A program made the position numbers and the translations under genes. DNA of 64,000 nucleotides from an uncultured virus (IMG/VR IMGVR_UViG_3300024359_000004) (Duplodnaviria; Heunggongvirae; Uroviricota; Caudoviricetes): IMG/VR virus record IMGVR_UViG_3300024359_000004; one strand, written 5' to 3'. Below are positions 47,653-57,116 of the stretch, one piece after another (position 1 is the stretch's first letter; each line of letters begins with the position of its first letter). The notes beneath the pieces were generated by a model. That model saw only the letters and a program-made list of their open reading frames with translations, had not been told where the DNA came from and did no database searches.

Positions 47653-48987
47653 TTATTTATCACCTTCGATTGCTTTTGATATAGTATCTCTTCTGTTTTT
47701 TAAATAATCATCAGTCTTGTCAACCTTGCCATCATTGTTGATATCTTCGTCTTCTTGACCTACTGGGTCTAACTCTTCTTTATACATGTCTTCAAAGATT
47801 TCATCAAATCTATCACCTTCTTCACGAATACCAATATTATCTAATCCAGACTTAGTACCTTCAAATCCTGGTATATCACTGTTCGCTTCATCTGATTCTC
47901 TATTAGATATTTCTCTTTTTAATGCATCAATATCAAACCTAAGTTGTTTAACCATTTCTTCATCATTTTTATCTAAATAATAATTTAATACATCTGAAAG
48001 CATTTTTATTTGTATGCGTAATTCAATATCTGTACCATCAACGTTAACACTATCATCATATTCATTAACACCTAATTTAAGTCTGTTACCAACTTTTGTT
48101 AATTCACTATCAATATTAATACCTTTCATAATGCCAGCAACATAACTATCTTTAGTTTCTTGACTTAAATCGCTTAAGCTAAATCCATATTTTTTGGATT
48201 TATCAGATAATACATTTAAAGCTGTCTTATAATCCATACCTTCAGTTAATACACCTTCAGCATCACCACCTTTACCATCTTTTTTAGCACTACCATTGTA
48301 TTCATTAATACTTTCATTCATGTTTCCATTAGTGGCCTGTTGTGCTAAATCAGGTGATACGTTTTGTTCTTCACCTTTATCATTCATAAGAATTCTAGCT
48401 ACTTTTTTCTGTAATACATCATCATCACCTATAATAGCTTTAACATAAGCAACTGCTGCTTCTATTTTTTCTGGTCTGGTGTTGATTTTAGATGCTAGTG
48501 TTTGAATCTTATTCATATCACTCATAGTGTCGAATAACTTTTCAACATCTTTATTTTCAAACTCATCTAACTTTTCTTCACCATCTTCTTCTTTTTCCAT
48601 TTCTTCCATTGGTTCATTCTCTTCTAGATTCCCTTCGTTAGTGAATCCCATACCGAATGCTTGACCAGCTTCAGAAATGTCTTTTGTTTTATTCCAAACA
48701 TCAGTGAAAGATTTGTTTTCGTTAAGTCTTTCTTCACCCTTTAAGTTACCAAGAGTATCTTGGGACTTGAATCCCATAAGATGTTTAATCTTATTCATAT
48801 CTTCGTTGATAAAATTTTTATTCTCAGCTCTTAATACTGTAGCCTCGTTAATATCCCATCTTATATTATATGTTTCGGTTCCATCTGTAATTTGAAACTC
48901 TTTTCCATCAACCTTATAAGATTCTGGAATTAATTTTAAAGCGCTGTCCATTCCGTTGAATGGTTTTTTAAATGTTAACCTTTTCAT
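47653..48987 (-). CDS. acidic head-associated protein
   Basis: Domain shared with 49013-49912; [26 protein letters not shown] Ca-binding-like motif. Confidence 0.6.
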   Translation of the reverse strand: MKRLTFKKPFNGMDSALKLIPESYKVDGKEFQITDGTETYNIRWDINEATVLRAENKNFINEDMNKIKHLMGFKSQDTLGNLKGEERLNENKSFTDVWNKTKDISEAGQAFGMGFTNEGNLEENEPMEEMEKEEDGEEKLDEFENKDVEKLFDTMSDMNKIQTLASKINTRPEKIEAAVAYVKAIIGDDDVLQKKVARILMNDKGEEQNVSPDLAQQATNGNMNESINEYNGSAKKDGKGGDAEGVLTEGMDYKTALNVLSDKSKKYGFSLSDLSQETKDSYVAGIMKGINIDSELTKVGNRLKLGVNEYDDSVNVDGTDIELRIQIKMLSDVLNYYLDKNDEEMVKQLRFDIDALKREISNRESDEANSDIPGFEGTKSGLDNIGIREEGDRFDEIFEDMYKEELDPVGQEDEDINNDGKVDKTDDYLKNRRDTISKAIEGDK

Positions 48988-49012
48988 TTTATTCTTATGT
49001 TTTTTTACTAGA

Positions 49013-49912
49013 TTATTTTAATAAATCTTTTGTTTTATTCCAAATGTTATTAAATGACTCGTCTTCATTAATTCTTTCAGAGCCCTTTAAGTTACCAAGT
49101 GTTTCTTGAGATTTGAAACCCATAAGGTGTTTCATCTTTTGCATATCCTCATTAACTAAATTCTTATCTGATGCAGATAAAACAATTGCTCTACCTTCAT
49201 TGATATCACCTTCCCATCTGATTTCGTATTTCTCGTTACCATCAGTCATTTGGAAAGTCTTATTGTCTATCTTATATGATTCTGGAATTAATTTAAGCGC
49301 ATTTTCAACACCCTTAAATTCATTTTTAAATACAAGTCTTTTCATTTTACTTTCATTTTTAGGTCCGCTCTTTTTAATTTCTTCATCATCAAAGTCAGCA
49401 CCAGAAATACCCACTGATTTTCTAACATTACCAGCCTCAACTTCTTCTCTTTTCTTTTTGAATTCTTGAGAATTATCATATACTTTTTCATTACCTTCTG
49501 GTCCTTGGAATCCAGCTTGGTCCCCAGGTACAACGTTTGCAACATCATCACCCTTGTTTGCATTACCCATAGTAGAATCACCCTTAATAGCTTTTTCTTG
49601 TCTTTCGTCCCACTCTTCAGTGTCACCATTAACTTCTAAAGCAGCCATACTACCTTTCTGTAATTCACCTACATCATGTAATTCAGCTTCTTCATCACTA
49701 TAGTTATATTTTTTAACGACTTCTTCGTTTTCTTTTTCACCAGTAATACCGTCTAGATATTCTTCCATCTTTTTTTCAACGTCTTTCATAGCTTCTTTAT
49801 TAATATCTTCATCATCCTTTTGGATTGCTTCAGTAGATTTAAGACCAGGAGCTTTAGTTTCCTCAACTAGGAAAGTAGCGTTTAGGTATTCTTTAATTAA
49901 ATCTTTAGTCAT
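49013..49912 (-). CDS. acidic head-associated protein (paralogous domain)
   Basis: KRL.FK..F.G...[10 protein letters not shown] domain shared with neighbour. Confidence 0.6.
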   Translation of the reverse strand: MTKDLIKEYLNATFLVEETKAPGLKSTEAIQKDDEDINKEAMKDVEKKMEEYLDGITGEKENEEVVKKYNYSDEEAELHDVGELQKGSMAALEVNGDTEEWDERQEKAIKGDSTMGNANKGDDVANVVPGDQAGFQGPEGNEKVYDNSQEFKKKREEVEAGNVRKSVGISGADFDDEEIKKSGPKNESKMKRLVFKNEFKGVENALKLIPESYKIDNKTFQMTDGNEKYEIRWEGDINEGRAIVLSASDKNLVNEDMQKMKHLMGFKSQETLGNLKGSERINEDESFNNIWNKTKDLLK

Positions 49913-49930
49913 AATACAATTCTTTTTATA

Positions 49931-49937
49931 ATAAATA
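49931..49937 (-). promoter_or_regulatory. putative late promoter TATTTAT (representative copy)
   Basis: Same motif shortly upstream of starts at about 5166, 10533, 14382, 14752, 16980, 22150, 27406, 33682, 43825, 47583, 51726, 55567, 60406. Confidence 0.6.
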
Positions 49938-49955
49938 TCAAGTTTTTACTTAAAA

Positions 49956-51455
49956 TTATTTATTTTTATTATTTATAATCTTTTTAACATCCTCAATAGT
50001 TCTGTTAGTTTTTTTAGCAATTTCTTCGTATAAACTTTCGTTAATGCTTATTGCATCTGGCCCTTGGTCACAATAAGGGAACTCATTACATTTATCTTTA
50101 ATGGTAACAAATTTATAATCTGGTCTCATAGTTTTTTTATGTGTAACACCCTTATTAACTGGTGCCTTACCTTTTTTACCTTTAGTACCCATAAATTCGC
50201 TAGAAGCAAATCCTGGAGTATCATAAGCGCCAACTGAACCAATACCTTGTTCATCTATTTCTTCTGGAACATTTGATTTGAATCTTGGGTCAGAACCTAA
50301 TGGTGCGACAAAAGCACCAGCTGAACCAGCCATTGTGGCTTCATTAGTGTTCTTTAATACACCTTCTAAATCACTATAAACTGATAGTAAGTCATTTTTT
50401 AACTCATCATCAATTAAAGTTAAGTCAGCACCAGATTCAAAATCACCTAGTCCTTGACCAACACTCATGCTACCTATATTGTCATTAACGTAGCTTGAGA
50501 TAACATCTCCATCTATATCGAACTCATCAGCATAATCATAATCTGGCATTCCATCTTCATCCTTACCAACATATTCTCTTTCAATATCAGCATATGGTTC
50601 AAACTCTGAATTATCCATATCGTAATAATAGAATGTAAATAGATTACCTTTTTTATTTTTAAGTATTGCTACCTCTCCATTATAACCTATAACTTCATAA
50701 TCACCTTCAACTCTTTCCCCTCCTCTATAATCTGGGTCTTTTTGATTCCAAGGTGCTGATGGGTCGTATTCAGCTCCAGCTGGGTAATCACCAGCCTCTT
50801 CTAATTTATCTTCGTTTTCCCTGTTAGCCAAAGCTTTAAGGGCTTCTTCTCTTTCTTTTTCTTTTTGCGCTGTTATAGCTTTTGATTCTTCTCTTTTTTT
50901 CTTTATGGCTGCTATAAGCTCTTCTCTAGATTTACCAGTTCTCTTTGGTTCTTGTGATAATTGACTCTTAAGTGAGTTAATTATATCTTCTCTATTGTTA
51001 ATTGCTTCTTCAATAGCTTCCATTGCTTTATAAGCACTACCACCACAAGCCATCTCATAAAGACCAGCATTGATAACTTGTTTTACTCTTTCCTTATCAC
51101 CGTTAAATTTTTCCTTAACTAATTTACCGTTAGCAATTAGTCCAGCACCTTCCATTAGTTTGTGTAGTTTTTCATAAACCTTTTCAGTTGATTCAGAAAC
51201 ACCATAAAGCTCATTAATGAACTTTTCATACATCTCTGGTAAGTTCTTTTTTAAATCCCTAGTCATTTGAGGTCTATCGATTGGGTTTGCTTGTTTAACC
51301 ATTGTTTTGCCCATCGATGATAGGTTTTTTTCAGAAATAGAGTTTTCCATTTCAAGAATCTTATTGTATTGCTCTTGAGTTACTTTTAATACTTTGGTTT
51401 TACCCATTTCTTTAAGCATATTAGCTTGTTCTTCACTTATCTTTATTCTAGCCAT
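49956..51455 (-). CDS. hypothetical virion-associated protein
   Basis: YPAGAE.DPSAPWNQ and C..FPYC.QG motifs; many xxE sites. Confidence 0.6.
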   Translation of the reverse strand: MARIKISEEQANMLKEMGKTKVLKVTQEQYNKILEMENSISEKNLSSMGKTMVKQANPIDRPQMTRDLKKNLPEMYEKFINELYGVSESTEKVYEKLHKLMEGAGLIANGKLVKEKFNGDKERVKQVINAGLYEMACGGSAYKAMEAIEEAINNREDIINSLKSQLSQEPKRTGKSREELIAAIKKKREESKAITAQKEKEREEALKALANRENEDKLEEAGDYPAGAEYDPSAPWNQKDPDYRGGERVEGDYEVIGYNGEVAILKNKKGNLFTFYYYDMDNSEFEPYADIEREYVGKDEDGMPDYDYADEFDIDGDVISSYVNDNIGSMSVGQGLGDFESGADLTLIDDELKNDLLSVYSDLEGVLKNTNEATMAGSAGAFVAPLGSDPRFKSNVPEEIDEQGIGSVGAYDTPGFASSEFMGTKGKKGKAPVNKGVTHKKTMRPDYKFVTIKDKCNEFPYCDQGPDAISINESLYEEIAKKTNRTIEDVKKIINNKNK

Positions 51456-51457
51456 CC

Positions 51458-51712
51458 TTAAACACTTTTATTAGATAGTCCGTTTCTCCAGAAAGCTCTC
51501 TTAACCCATAACTGTTTGTATAACTGAGTTAAAACGTTTCTAGTGATATCAACCACTTTATCTTCCAATTCTTTTTCGTTCTTAATTCTATCCTTAACAA
51601 TCTTTTCGATTTTGGATTTGAACTCAGAAGAATCGATATATTTTTTTATTTCTGATTTAACGTCAGACTTCTTCATCTCTTCGTTTAATTTTTGTCTTAT
51701 TAAATCTTTCAT
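51458..51712 (-). CDS. small protein with MKDLIRQKLNE leader
   Basis: ORF track; TATTTAT upstream. Confidence 0.6.
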   Translation of the reverse strand: MKDLIRQKLNEEMKKSDVKSEIKKYIDSSEFKSKIEKIVKDRIKNEKELEDKVVDITRNVLTQLYKQLWVKRAFWRNGLSNKSV

Positions 51713-51776
51713 CTTTTCTTTTATTATAAATATGATTTAATAAGAAAAAAACCTTATATTCGGGGTTGAAATTCAT

Positions 51777-52151
51777 TTAGTATAGTAATGTTGGGTTATC
51801 TTTCCATAATTCCCAACCAAAATCTAATTTTTTCCTTAAAAGTGGTATAGAGTAATTTAAAATATTTAAATAGGTTTCTATTTCACCTAATTTCGGTTTA
51901 TCTATTTCGTAATAAACATAATTACCATCAAAAACTATATTCTTACTCGTTAAATCACTTGTGGTTGTTATGATTTTATCCTTAACATCAGACATGTCAG
52001 ATAAAATCATTTCTGAATGTAATAAAAATGGTGAAAACTTATTAACATAAAAAGCTTCATCCAGTTTTTTCAAATAAGCCAAGAATAACCACTTCTTATG
52101 CTCAAAATCAACTGGGTCATTTAACCACCAATTGATTTCTAATAAATTCAT
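51777..52151 (-). CDS. hypothetical protein
   Basis: PVDFEHK.W..LAYL motif. Confidence 0.6.
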   Translation of the reverse strand: MNLLEINWWLNDPVDFEHKKWLFLAYLKKLDEAFYVNKFSPFLLHSEMILSDMSDVKDKIITTTSDLTSKNIVFDGNYVYYEIDKPKLGEIETYLNILNYSIPLLRKKLDFGWELWKDNPTLLY

Positions 52152-52372
52152 AACTTACTTTTTAATTCTGTTATAATTTTTTCTAATTCAGATAATTTAT
52201 CTTTTATCTTTGGGTCGTTCTCTGATAGTTTTACTGCTATTTCGTTAAAAATATCTAACCTATCTTTCTTGTCTTGAATCTCTAGCGGATTTTTTTCACC
52301 AGTTAGTTCTTCATAGTAGGGATTTAATTCTCCTGTTTGTGGGTCGTGTGTTGGAATGTTATTTTTCATCAT
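52148..52372 (-). CDS. hypothetical protein
   Basis: DPQTGELNPYYEELTG motif. Confidence 0.6.
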   Translation of the reverse strand: MMKNNIPTHDPQTGELNPYYEELTGEKNPLEIQDKKDRLDIFNEIAVKLSENDPKIKDKLSELEKIITELKSKL

Positions 52373-52845
52373 AATAATAATATTAATACTAGTACTGGGA
52401 ATATCACAGAACCGCTAAAACCTATCTTCTTAAGAATCTTTTGTTTCTTAATCTCTTTGTCTTGTTGGTCAATGATGTCATCCTTTAATTCACTCTCGTT
52501 ATCTTTATTCTTTATAACTTCTTCTAAATTCTTTATGATTTCTTTCTGGTTTGTGGTTAATTCATTTAATTTAAAGATAATATTTTCTTGTTTAACATTC
52601 CTTTCAAAGTTTAGACTATCCTTTTCCTTATAAGTTTGTAATAAACTATCTGTATATTCATAATGTAAGACATCTTCTAAAAGAATCTTAGCATCATCCA
52701 TACTCATACTAACCATTGTGTCACCAAACTCATTAACATACGTAAAAACCCTATTTGGATTTTCTTGTAAGGTATCTTGAGAGTTCCCTTGAAACACCAT
52801 CAGCATTAAGCTTGTTAACAAAACCACTAACTTTACCCTTTTCAT
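52369..52845 (-). CDS. exported coiled-coil protein with C-terminal TM (spanin-like candidate)
   Basis: Signal peptide, coiled coil, C-terminal TM; overlaps upstream gene. Confidence 0.5.
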   Translation of the reverse strand: MKRVKLVVLLTSLMLMVFQGNSQDTLQENPNRVFTYVNEFGDTMVSMSMDDAKILLEDVLHYEYTDSLLQTYKEKDSLNFERNVKQENIIFKLNELTTNQKEIIKNLEEVIKNKDNESELKDDIIDQQDKEIKKQKILKKIGFSGSVIFPVLVLILLL

Positions 52846-53128
52846 ATTCTAAACTATCTATTTCTCTTTCTTTAATTCTAATTTCAGCAATTGTGCTGTC
52901 AATAGAATAGTATAAACTATCAATCTCTTTAACTAGTTTTGAATTTATATCAATCAAACTATCGTTAAATACTTTTAATTTGTCATTTTCATTCTTGAGT
53001 TGTTCTATCTCTTTTTCATATTTGTTTATGACACTACCATCATTAAACATGAATTGAAATATTAACAATCCTGATAATACTATAATAAAAATAACCTTTA
53101 AATCAATATTAATATTAATGTTACCCAT
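52751..53128 (-). CDS. N-anchored coiled-coil protein (i-spanin-like candidate)
   Basis: N-terminal TM plus coiled coil; near amidase-like gene. Confidence 0.5.
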   Translation of the reverse strand: MGNININIDLKVIFIIVLSGLLIFQFMFNDGSVINKYEKEIEQLKNENDKLKVFNDSLIDINSKLVKEIDSLYYSIDSTIAEIRIKEREIDSLEYEKGKVSGFVNKLNADGVSRELSRYLTRKSK

Positions 53129-53132
53129 TTAA

Positions 53133-53591
53133 TTATTTTTTTAACATGGAATCCTCATTGAATCTTCTAAACCATTCATTTTTCCAAAGGTCATAGTAAT
53201 TTACAAGAGTGTTAAGTATTTTTAAATCATCCTTTGTAAAATTAACATATCTAGCACCAGTAGGTGTCCCTAACTGAACACCATCATCTTTAGTATAAGA
53301 CCATTCCATAGTATTTGCAAGTGTTCCACCCATAACAACGTTTTCCGTTTCCTTGTCAACAGAATAATTAGTTATTTTTGCTCCTGGGTCAACCTTTTCA
53401 ATAAAAGAGGATTTATCTTTTTCAAGGTAATCATTTTCAACATCACTTAATTCAGTTTCATAATCATTACCAATCGCTGGATTAGGTGATTCTTCATCCT
53501 CTTTAATTAATCTTTTACCACCAACTGATTTAGCTCTCATAGCATCAATCATTTGTTTCGTCATGTCATGTTCATTAATATTCATAATCAA
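53133..53591 (-). CDS. hypothetical protein
   Basis: ORF track. Confidence 0.6.
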   Translation of the reverse strand: MIMNINEHDMTKQMIDAMRAKSVGGKRLIKEDEESPNPAIGNDYETELSDVENDYLEKDKSSFIEKVDPGAKITNYSVDKETENVVMGGTLANTMEWSYTKDDGVQLGTPTGARYVNFTKDDLKILNTLVNYYDLWKNEWFRRFNEDSMLKK

Positions 53592-54210
53592 TATTTTCTA
53601 ATTTATTTTTTATTTCTTCACAATACCAATTAGGGTTTACATCTGTATGGTATCTATCAAAATTACTTCTATATAATAGACCATTATAATTATTGGCGTT
53701 ATCAAAGTTTGTGTTATGACTAATAGCTTTAGTAGGTATATCAAAATCAATACACAATGCTCTTACCAATTTATGAGTTGATTCTAACTGTTCTTTGGTG
53801 TATGGTGCCCAATGTGTTTTACCTCTCCACCTCTTCTCAAAAACTGAATCCTCTCTTTTATAAATATGACCAACAGTGTTAATATACTCTTTTTTATCTT
53901 CGTCAATTAGTTCTAACCAACCTTCATTCTCTAAAAGAATGCTGATTGATGTTTCATCTATTTTATTATCCCCTATAAAACTTGAGAAATAGTTTGGTTT
54001 GAAATGTTGTATTATTTCACCGTTTAACCTTATAGTAAACATCGCTGTCTTTTTATACTTACCACCAAGCCTTAACCCCCAACCAATATAGTGGTTCATT
54101 CCCACGCTGTTGGTGTTACCAATAATAATTCTATTCTTACTGGTAGCTTGATTATAAAAATTATCCTCACTTACTTTATAATCATCTTTATTTATTTTAA
54201 GATTTGTCAT
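53575..54210 (-). CDS. Amidase_2-fold protein, probably catalytically degenerate
   Basis: F.I..NG.I.QHF, SI.I.LEN.G, YT.EQL.S, D.NP; Zn-binding His residues not evident. Confidence 0.6.
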   Translation of the reverse strand: MTNLKINKDDYKVSEDNFYNQATSKNRIIIGNTNSVGMNHYIGWGLRLGGKYKKTAMFTIRLNGEIIQHFKPNYFSSFIGDNKIDETSISILLENEGWLELIDEDKKEYINTVGHIYKREDSVFEKRWRGKTHWAPYTKEQLESTHKLVRALCIDFDIPTKAISHNTNFDNANNYNGLLYRSNFDRYHTDVNPNWYCEEIKNKLENIDYEY

Positions 54211-55558
54211 CTTTACGTTTCTTAAAATATATTTTATCTGTATTACCGTCTCTAACTTCTTTGTTTGAGCCGATTCTATTTATTTTCTCTTCTTTAATTT
54301 CTTTAATATCTTCCCTGTTTATAGGTTTCTTAATTTCTTCGTCTTCTACTGGTTCTTCATCATGTAATGAAACACCATTCTCTATAGACTTAACGTAATT
54401 TTTACCTTCAGGTTTAGGTTTTATAACTTCATCTTCGTGTTCAATCTCAACATCAGTGTCGTAATCTAATTGTTCTTCACCTTCAGATTCTAGGGTGTCT
54501 TCAAGTTCTTTAGTCAATTCATCTTCATCCAAATCTTCAACCATACTGTTTAAGACTATGTCCAACGCATGTGATTCATCCCGTTCATCTGTATCGTCTT
54601 CTTTTTCTTGAGGCTCGTTTGATTCGTCCTCAAAGTTTTCAACGATTTCTTTAGCTATCTCTTCTCTTGATTTAATTTCTTCAGCAACGATTACTTCTTT
54701 CATTTCTGGAGTAATACCTTCGTTTGGGTCAACTAGTTCATTTTTTGCAACAGTTGGTTTGTCGTCATCTTTACGTTTAACAACCTTACTAAATACGATA
54801 ACCATAACAACGGCCATAGGGTCGCCAATAATGATTAATAATATTATGAAGTATTTCATAACTTCATCCATTGTCATTCCTGTTACATCAGCTAAATACC
54901 TAAGTGGTCCTAATTCAGCAGCAACATCATCACCAACCTTAACCTCTGTGATTTCATTATCTAATTCAAAAACCTTATCTGTTAGTTCGTCTGATTTTGT
55001 ATTAAGTGTTTCTTGTCTTTTTATTGCTCTATCTAATTGGTTCTGTAGCACTCTTCTGGTTGAAGAAGATGTGGTAGTTATTATTTCACCACTCTCCTTA
55101 TCTTTGTATTGTATTACGTTATTTGATAATCCTTTAGACAATTCAGTTATTGTTTGTGTTACAGATTGTTTTTCACCGTTAACAATATCTAGTTGATTTT
55201 GATAACCATCCCTTTTCTTATCTAATAGTTCTATAGTGGCTTCTAGATTTTCAAACTTAGCGAAAGTTTCTTTATAACTAGAAGATAAGAACCCATAAAT
55301 ACCCATGGATGTTATTACCATAGCAATTATAATAAATAGTGAGAGTATTGAGTTGTAAAACCAACCAATCTTTTTACCATAAGTGTGTATTGCTGATGTA
55401 GCAACTATTTTTGCCGCTTCTATTACACTAAATAGTATTAAACCAACAAAACCAGCTCCAGCAAATACTTTTAATAACCCACTGACTGACACATAGGCAA
55501 CTGTTGCGGCCATACCTATAGCCATTACTAATAATAAGTATGATAATATTTTCTTCAT
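54197..55558 (-). CDS. membrane protein with coiled coil and acidic tail
   Basis: TSMGIYGFLS, ELGPLRYLA, GDPMAV motifs. Confidence 0.7.
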   Translation of the reverse strand: MKKILSYLLLVMAIGMAATVAYVSVSGLLKVFAGAGFVGLILFSVIEAAKIVATSAIHTYGKKIGWFYNSILSLFIIIAMVITSMGIYGFLSSSYKETFAKFENLEATIELLDKKRDGYQNQLDIVNGEKQSVTQTITELSKGLSNNVIQYKDKESGEIITTTSSSTRRVLQNQLDRAIKRQETLNTKSDELTDKVFELDNEITEVKVGDDVAAELGPLRYLADVTGMTMDEVMKYFIILLIIIGDPMAVVMVIVFSKVVKRKDDDKPTVAKNELVDPNEGITPEMKEVIVAEEIKSREEIAKEIVENFEDESNEPQEKEDDTDERDESHALDIVLNSMVEDLDEDELTKELEDTLESEGEEQLDYDTDVEIEHEDEVIKPKPEGKNYVKSIENGVSLHDEEPVEDEEIKKPINREDIKEIKEEKINRIGSNKEVRDGNTDKIYFKKRKDDKS

Positions 55559-55578
55559 AATATTAAATAAATATTCAA

Positions 55579-56412
55579 TTATTCATTTAAAGCATCAAAA
55601 ATACCGTGAGCGTTGTGTCTTATTTTTCTTATGGCTTTCTCCTTTAATTGTCTAACCCTTTCTTTGGTAATACCGAACTTATCACCAATAGCTTCAAGTG
55701 TCATACATTCTAACCCCTTATTTAGACCAAAATAAGATATTACGATGTCTTTTTCCCTGTCAGACAGTTTTGAAAGTGCTTTATCTATTTCACTCTTCAA
55801 TCTTTCATCAACATCATAAAATGATTCTTCTTTTTTATTTGATTTGTCTTCTATAACTTCATATAACTCGTTACCATCGTCATTTATGATTTCATTTATT
55901 GAACCACAAGATGGTATCTTGGATATATCAACAAAATTTTCAGAGTTTTCCATTTCTTCGAATGTTATGTCTCTATCTTCCATGAGTTGCGTTTTTTCTA
56001 TCTCTTTTTTCATGTTAGAAATCTTAGCAATTACATTAGATGGTAACCTTATCATTCTAGAATTGTCGTTAAGACTTTGTATGATTGATTGTTTTATCCA
56101 CCAAACAGCATATGATATGAATCTAAACCCTCTGGTATAATCATATCTTGTTGCGGCTTTAATTAAACCCAAATTACCTTCACTTATTAAATCGCTTAAG
56201 GATAAACCTTGTCCTTGATATTCTTTAGCAATAGAGATTACAAACTTTAAATTAGAATTTACTAGTTCGTCTATTGCTTTTTCGTCACCATTCTGAATTC
56301 TTTTTGCTAATTCAACTTCTTGTTCTGGTGTTAATAATTCACTTTTTCTGATATCTTTAAAATACTTTGATATGCTATCGTCTCCATTAAAATTTACGTA
56401 TGCCTTACTCAT
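55579..56412 (-). CDS. rpoD: RNA polymerase sigma-70 factor (short RpoD/SigA type)
   Basis: NLKFVISIAKEY, DLISEGNLGLIKAA.RYD..RGFRFISYAVWWI, TLEAIG..FGITKERVRQ. Confidence 0.92.
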   Translation of the reverse strand: MSKAYVNFNGDDSISKYFKDIRKSELLTPEQEVELAKRIQNGDEKAIDELVNSNLKFVISIAKEYQGQGLSLSDLISEGNLGLIKAATRYDYTRGFRFISYAVWWIKQSIIQSLNDNSRMIRLPSNVIAKISNMKKEIEKTQLMEDRDITFEEMENSENFVDISKIPSCGSINEIINDDGNELYEVIEDKSNKKEESFYDVDERLKSEIDKALSKLSDREKDIVISYFGLNKGLECMTLEAIGDKFGITKERVRQLKEKAIRKIRHNAHGIFDALNE

Positions 56413-56503
56413 TAATTTTTAATTAAAAAAATCGTTATATCATGTCATTACCCTAGTGGGTGACATATAATTATACGTAAGAATCTTGAAAAGTAAAGTT
56501 TTT

Positions 56504-57055
56504 TTATATGGTTTTTGAGACTTTTTTTAATATCTTAATATCATACTCATTTAAATTGTCATAACCCTTATCCAATATATCATTAATAATTTCTTCTTTT
56601 TGTTTTTTAGATAAAGATTCCAAATCAATCTTTTTCTTTCGGGTTTTGGGTATTATTATTTCAGAAAATAACGGTTCACCCATATCGTATGGTTTACTAT
56701 CACCAGTGAAAGAACTCTTATTAAGAGTCTCGTTAATTTCATCAATTAATTCGTTAGACATTTCTTCTAGGGTTTTATTCGTATGTTTATCGACTATCTT
56801 AAATAATTCATCATGTTTAGTCTTGTCTAGTAAATTAACTCTAGAATAATCTTCGTTTAAATCGAACAATAAAAAGTTTCTATTAAGTGATTTAAAATAA
56901 TCTGAAAGTTCTGCTGGTTCAGCAACACTTATAAATGTTGATATGGTCATACCTTTTTCCCCTAAGAATTTTCCTTCTTCAGCTATTTTAAGAACTTCAG
57001 GTCTAACACCGTTAACATCCCCAATAAAAACTATACAATAATTTCTAAATTTCAT
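56504..57055 (-). CDS. hypothetical protein (DUF6576-like tail)
   Basis: IN.ILDKG...L...D...L C-terminus. Confidence 0.55.
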   Translation of the reverse strand: MKFRNYCIVFIGDVNGVRPEVLKIAEEGKFLGEKGMTISTFISVAEPAELSDYFKSLNRNFLLFDLNEDYSRVNLLDKTKHDELFKIVDKHTNKTLEEMSNELIDEINETLNKSSFTGDSKPYDMGEPLFSEIIIPKTRKKKIDLESLSKKQKEEIINDILDKGYDNLNEYDIKILKKVSKTI

Positions 57056-57116
57056 TTTATTATTTTTTTTGTTTTTTGTATACTCAAATATATGATAATT
57101 ATTTTACATTTCCAAA

